From Spirochaetaceae bacterium (GTDB lineage Bacteria > Spirochaetota > Spirochaetia > DSM-27196 > SLAA01): a DNA stretch of 64,000 bases. The notes under the pieces are model-generated. The model searched no databases and was not told where the DNA came from. It saw only the letters and a program-made list of their open reading frames with translations. The stretch covers positions 541-64,540 of the forward strand of contig PUPD01000265.1 of assembly GCA_003552985.1 (NCBI GenBank), written 5' to 3'. Positions 62,371 through 64,000 of the stretch are shown here, one piece after another. A program made the translations under genes and the position numbers. Within the stretch, counting starts at the first letter, position 1. The number at the start of each line of letters is the position of its first letter.

Positions 62371-63371
62371 TCGTATCCTGGAACACGACCAACGAGTGCA
62401 ATATGTACTGCGACCACTGCTATCGCGAGTCGGGACCGCTTGCGCCGCGCGAGCTTACCACCGCCGAGGCGCGCACTATGATCGGCGGCATCGCCGCCGC
62501 CGGATTCAAGATCATGATCTTCAGCGGCGGCGAGTGCCTGATGCGGGGCGACCTCGAAGAGCTGGTTGCGCATGCCACCGCTTGCGGCCTTCGCGCCGTC
62601 CTCGGTACGAACGGGAGCCTGCTGAGCCTGGAACGCGCGCGCGCGCTCAAAACCGCCGGATGTCTGGCCGCCGGCATCAGTCTGGATAGCCTGGATCCCG
62701 CCAAACACGACGCCCTGCGCCGGTATGAGAACGCCTTCACCGAGGCGTTGGAAGGAATGCAGGCCTGCCGCGAAGCCGACCTGGCGTATCAGATTCACAC
62801 GACGGTGATGGATTGGAATCGGGAGGAAATTCCGGCGATGGCCGATTTTGCGGCGACGCAGGGAGCGCGTGCCTTTCACGTCTTCTTCCTTGTTCCGACG
62901 GGACGCGCGGCGGAGATCGAGGAGAGCTCGCTGCGCGCGGCTGAGTATGAGGACCTGATCGAGAAGCTCATGCGCAAAGCCGAAAGCGTTCCGATCGAGA
63001 TCAAACCGACCTGCGCGCCCCAGTTCATGCGCATCGCGCTGCAACGGGGTCAGAAGCCGCGCTTCAGCAAGGGTTGTCTTGCGGGGACCAGCTACTGCAT
63101 CATCGGACCAAGCGGGAACGTGCAGCCCTGTGCGTATATGAATCTCAGCGCCGGAAACGTGCGCGAGCAGCCGTTCGAGGTGATCTGGCGCGACAGCCCG
63201 ATGCTGAAGCGCCTGCGCAGCGAGGAGTACAGCGGCCGCTGCGGAAGCTGCGAGTTTCGAAAGCGTTGCGGCGGTTGCCGAGCGCGAGCGCTTCACTATC
63301 ACGGAGACTTCATGGCTGAGGAACCGTGGTGTCTGTACCGTGCGCCGGTGGAGGAGACAAGCGTTGGCTGA
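62367..63371 (+). CDS. radical SAM/SPASM protein of the NirJ/AhbC/AhbD family (second paralogue)
   Basis: ATGA overlap with the previous gene. CNMYCDHCY, SGGECLM, and C-terminal GRCGSCEFRKRCGGCRARA...PWCLY. Confidence 0.8.
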   Translation: MIVSWNTTNECNMYCDHCYRESGPLAPRELTTAEARTMIGGIAAAGFKIMIFSGGECLMRGDLEELVAHATACGLRAVLGTNGSLLSLERARALKTAGCLAAGISLDSLDPAKHDALRRYENAFTEALEGMQACREADLAYQIHTTVMDWNREEIPAMADFAATQGARAFHVFFLVPTGRAAEIEESSLRAAEYEDLIEKLMRKAESVPIEIKPTCAPQFMRIALQRGQKPRFSKGCLAGTSYCIIGPSGNVQPCAYMNLSAGNVREQPFEVIWRDSPMLKRLRSEEYSGRCGSCEFRKRCGGCRARALHYHGDFMAEEPWCLYRAPVEETSVG

Positions 63372-64000
63372 CGCGAGTAGCGAGGAACACGCCGGCGGAG
63401 GGCATCAGGAGGCCGGGGAGCTCACTCCCTGGGACCGCGTTCTGCTCGACCGCACCCAACAGGGCATTCCGCTCGAGGGGCGCCCGTTCGCGGCGCTTGC
63501 GCGCGAGCTCGGCGTCCCGGGGGGCGAGGAAGAGGTGATCGAACGCCTCGCCGGACTGCGGGCCGCGGGTCTGCTGCGTCGCGTCGGTGCGGTCATGGAT
63601 TCGCACGCTCTCGGGTACACCGGAACGCTGTGCGGGGCGGAAGTGGAGCCGGAGGCGATAGGGGCGCTGGCTGCGTACATCGGCTCATACCCGGGGGTAA
63701 CGCACTGCTACGAGCGTGAAAATCGCTACAACCTGTGGTTCACGCTGCTTGCACCGCATCGGGCGCTCATCGAGCAAGTTGTGTCCGGGGTGTCCGGTCA
63801 AGCCGGGGTGCGGGAGCTCGTCGAGCTTCCGATTGAGCGTCGGTATAAGATCAATGTGGCCTTCCGGCTCGGGGCGCGCGGTTCTTTGAGCTCAACGGCT
63901 CCGGAGGCTGCTCGCGCTTCGGCGGGACCGGACGCGCGCGAGCGGGCCGTCATCCGGGTGATTCAGAATGAGCTCCCGCTGGTTCCGCGCCCGTTCGCGG
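63364..64000 (+). CDS. siroheme decarboxylase-like protein (fused AhbA/AhbB, NirD/L/G/H family), 3'-truncated by window end
   Basis: The frame is open to the window end. GRPFAALARELG..E.EVIERL..L...G.LRRVGAV......GY.GTL.........PGVTHCYERENRYNLWFTLLAP matches the family pattern. A second repeat starts at ..ERAVIRVIQNELPLVPRPFA. The start is uncertain (TTG 63364, 7 nt after GGAGGAG). Confidence 0.75.
   Translation, partial: MADASSEEHAGGGHQEAGELTPWDRVLLDRTQQGIPLEGRPFAALARELGVPGGEEEVIERLAGLRAAGLLRRVGAVMDSHALGYTGTLCGAEVEPEAIGALAAYIGSYPGVTHCYERENRYNLWFTLLAPHRALIEQVVSGVSGQAGVRELVELPIERRYKINVAFRLGARGSLSSTAPEAARASAGPDARERAVIRVIQNELPLVPRPFA

Noticed and set aside
1-64000. Window-wide look for CRISPR arrays, transposases, integrases, phage structural genes, toxin-antitoxin pairs, rRNA and tRNA genes
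   Set aside because: I recognised none by eye. tRNA and small-RNA absence in particular should be confirmed with tRNAscan-SE or Infernal, which I cannot run.

Overview
High-GC (about two-thirds G+C by eye) bacterial chromosomal segment. It is densely coding, with about 58 CDS, many joined by ATGA-type 4-nt overlaps. I recognised no rRNA, tRNA, CRISPR array, transposase, integrase or phage gene. Because of the GC content, many long antisense 'shadow' ORFs appear in the six-frame track, and I rejected them.

Content from left to right:
- A lipoprotein, CsaA, and a 1540-aa activase/dehydratase-like fusion protein.
- A compact seven-gene sulfur operon: E1-like MoeB/ThiF, an exported beta-propeller-like unknown, a YeeE permease, a TM-anchored tandem rhodanese, a TusA-like protein, a ThiS-like carrier ending GG+SL, and a JAMM peptidase.
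- rarD, a Mut7-C RNase with a ubiquitin-like N-terminus, nfo, and a P1B ATPase with a CSC motif.
- Signalling genes: SpoIIE/STAS, two GGDEF proteins, and a CHASE2 adenylate cyclase.
- Housekeeping and peptidase genes: ampS-like, M23, pepD, rlmE, rhomboid, rodA, thyX, GH31.
- Two decayed chemotaxis genes: a truncated cheW and a frameshifted MCP N-terminus.
- nifS-thiI, followed by a textbook TPP riboswitch in front of thiL-thiD and a thrC-like gene, with yjbQ convergent.
- A ureide/hydantoin-like catabolic cluster.
- At the right edge, hemA, cobA/hemD, two NirJ/Ahb-type radical SAM genes and a fused siroheme decarboxylase. Together these look like the siroheme-dependent alternative haem pathway.

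The most interesting candidate for an uncharacterised system is the thiosulfate-import / ubiquitin-like sulfur-carrier operon at 7.5-12.5 kb. Second is the unusual TPP regulon, together with a promoter-plus-terminator unit (a possible small RNA) just upstream of the riboswitch. All functional calls rest on motif recognition by eye. No database search was run.
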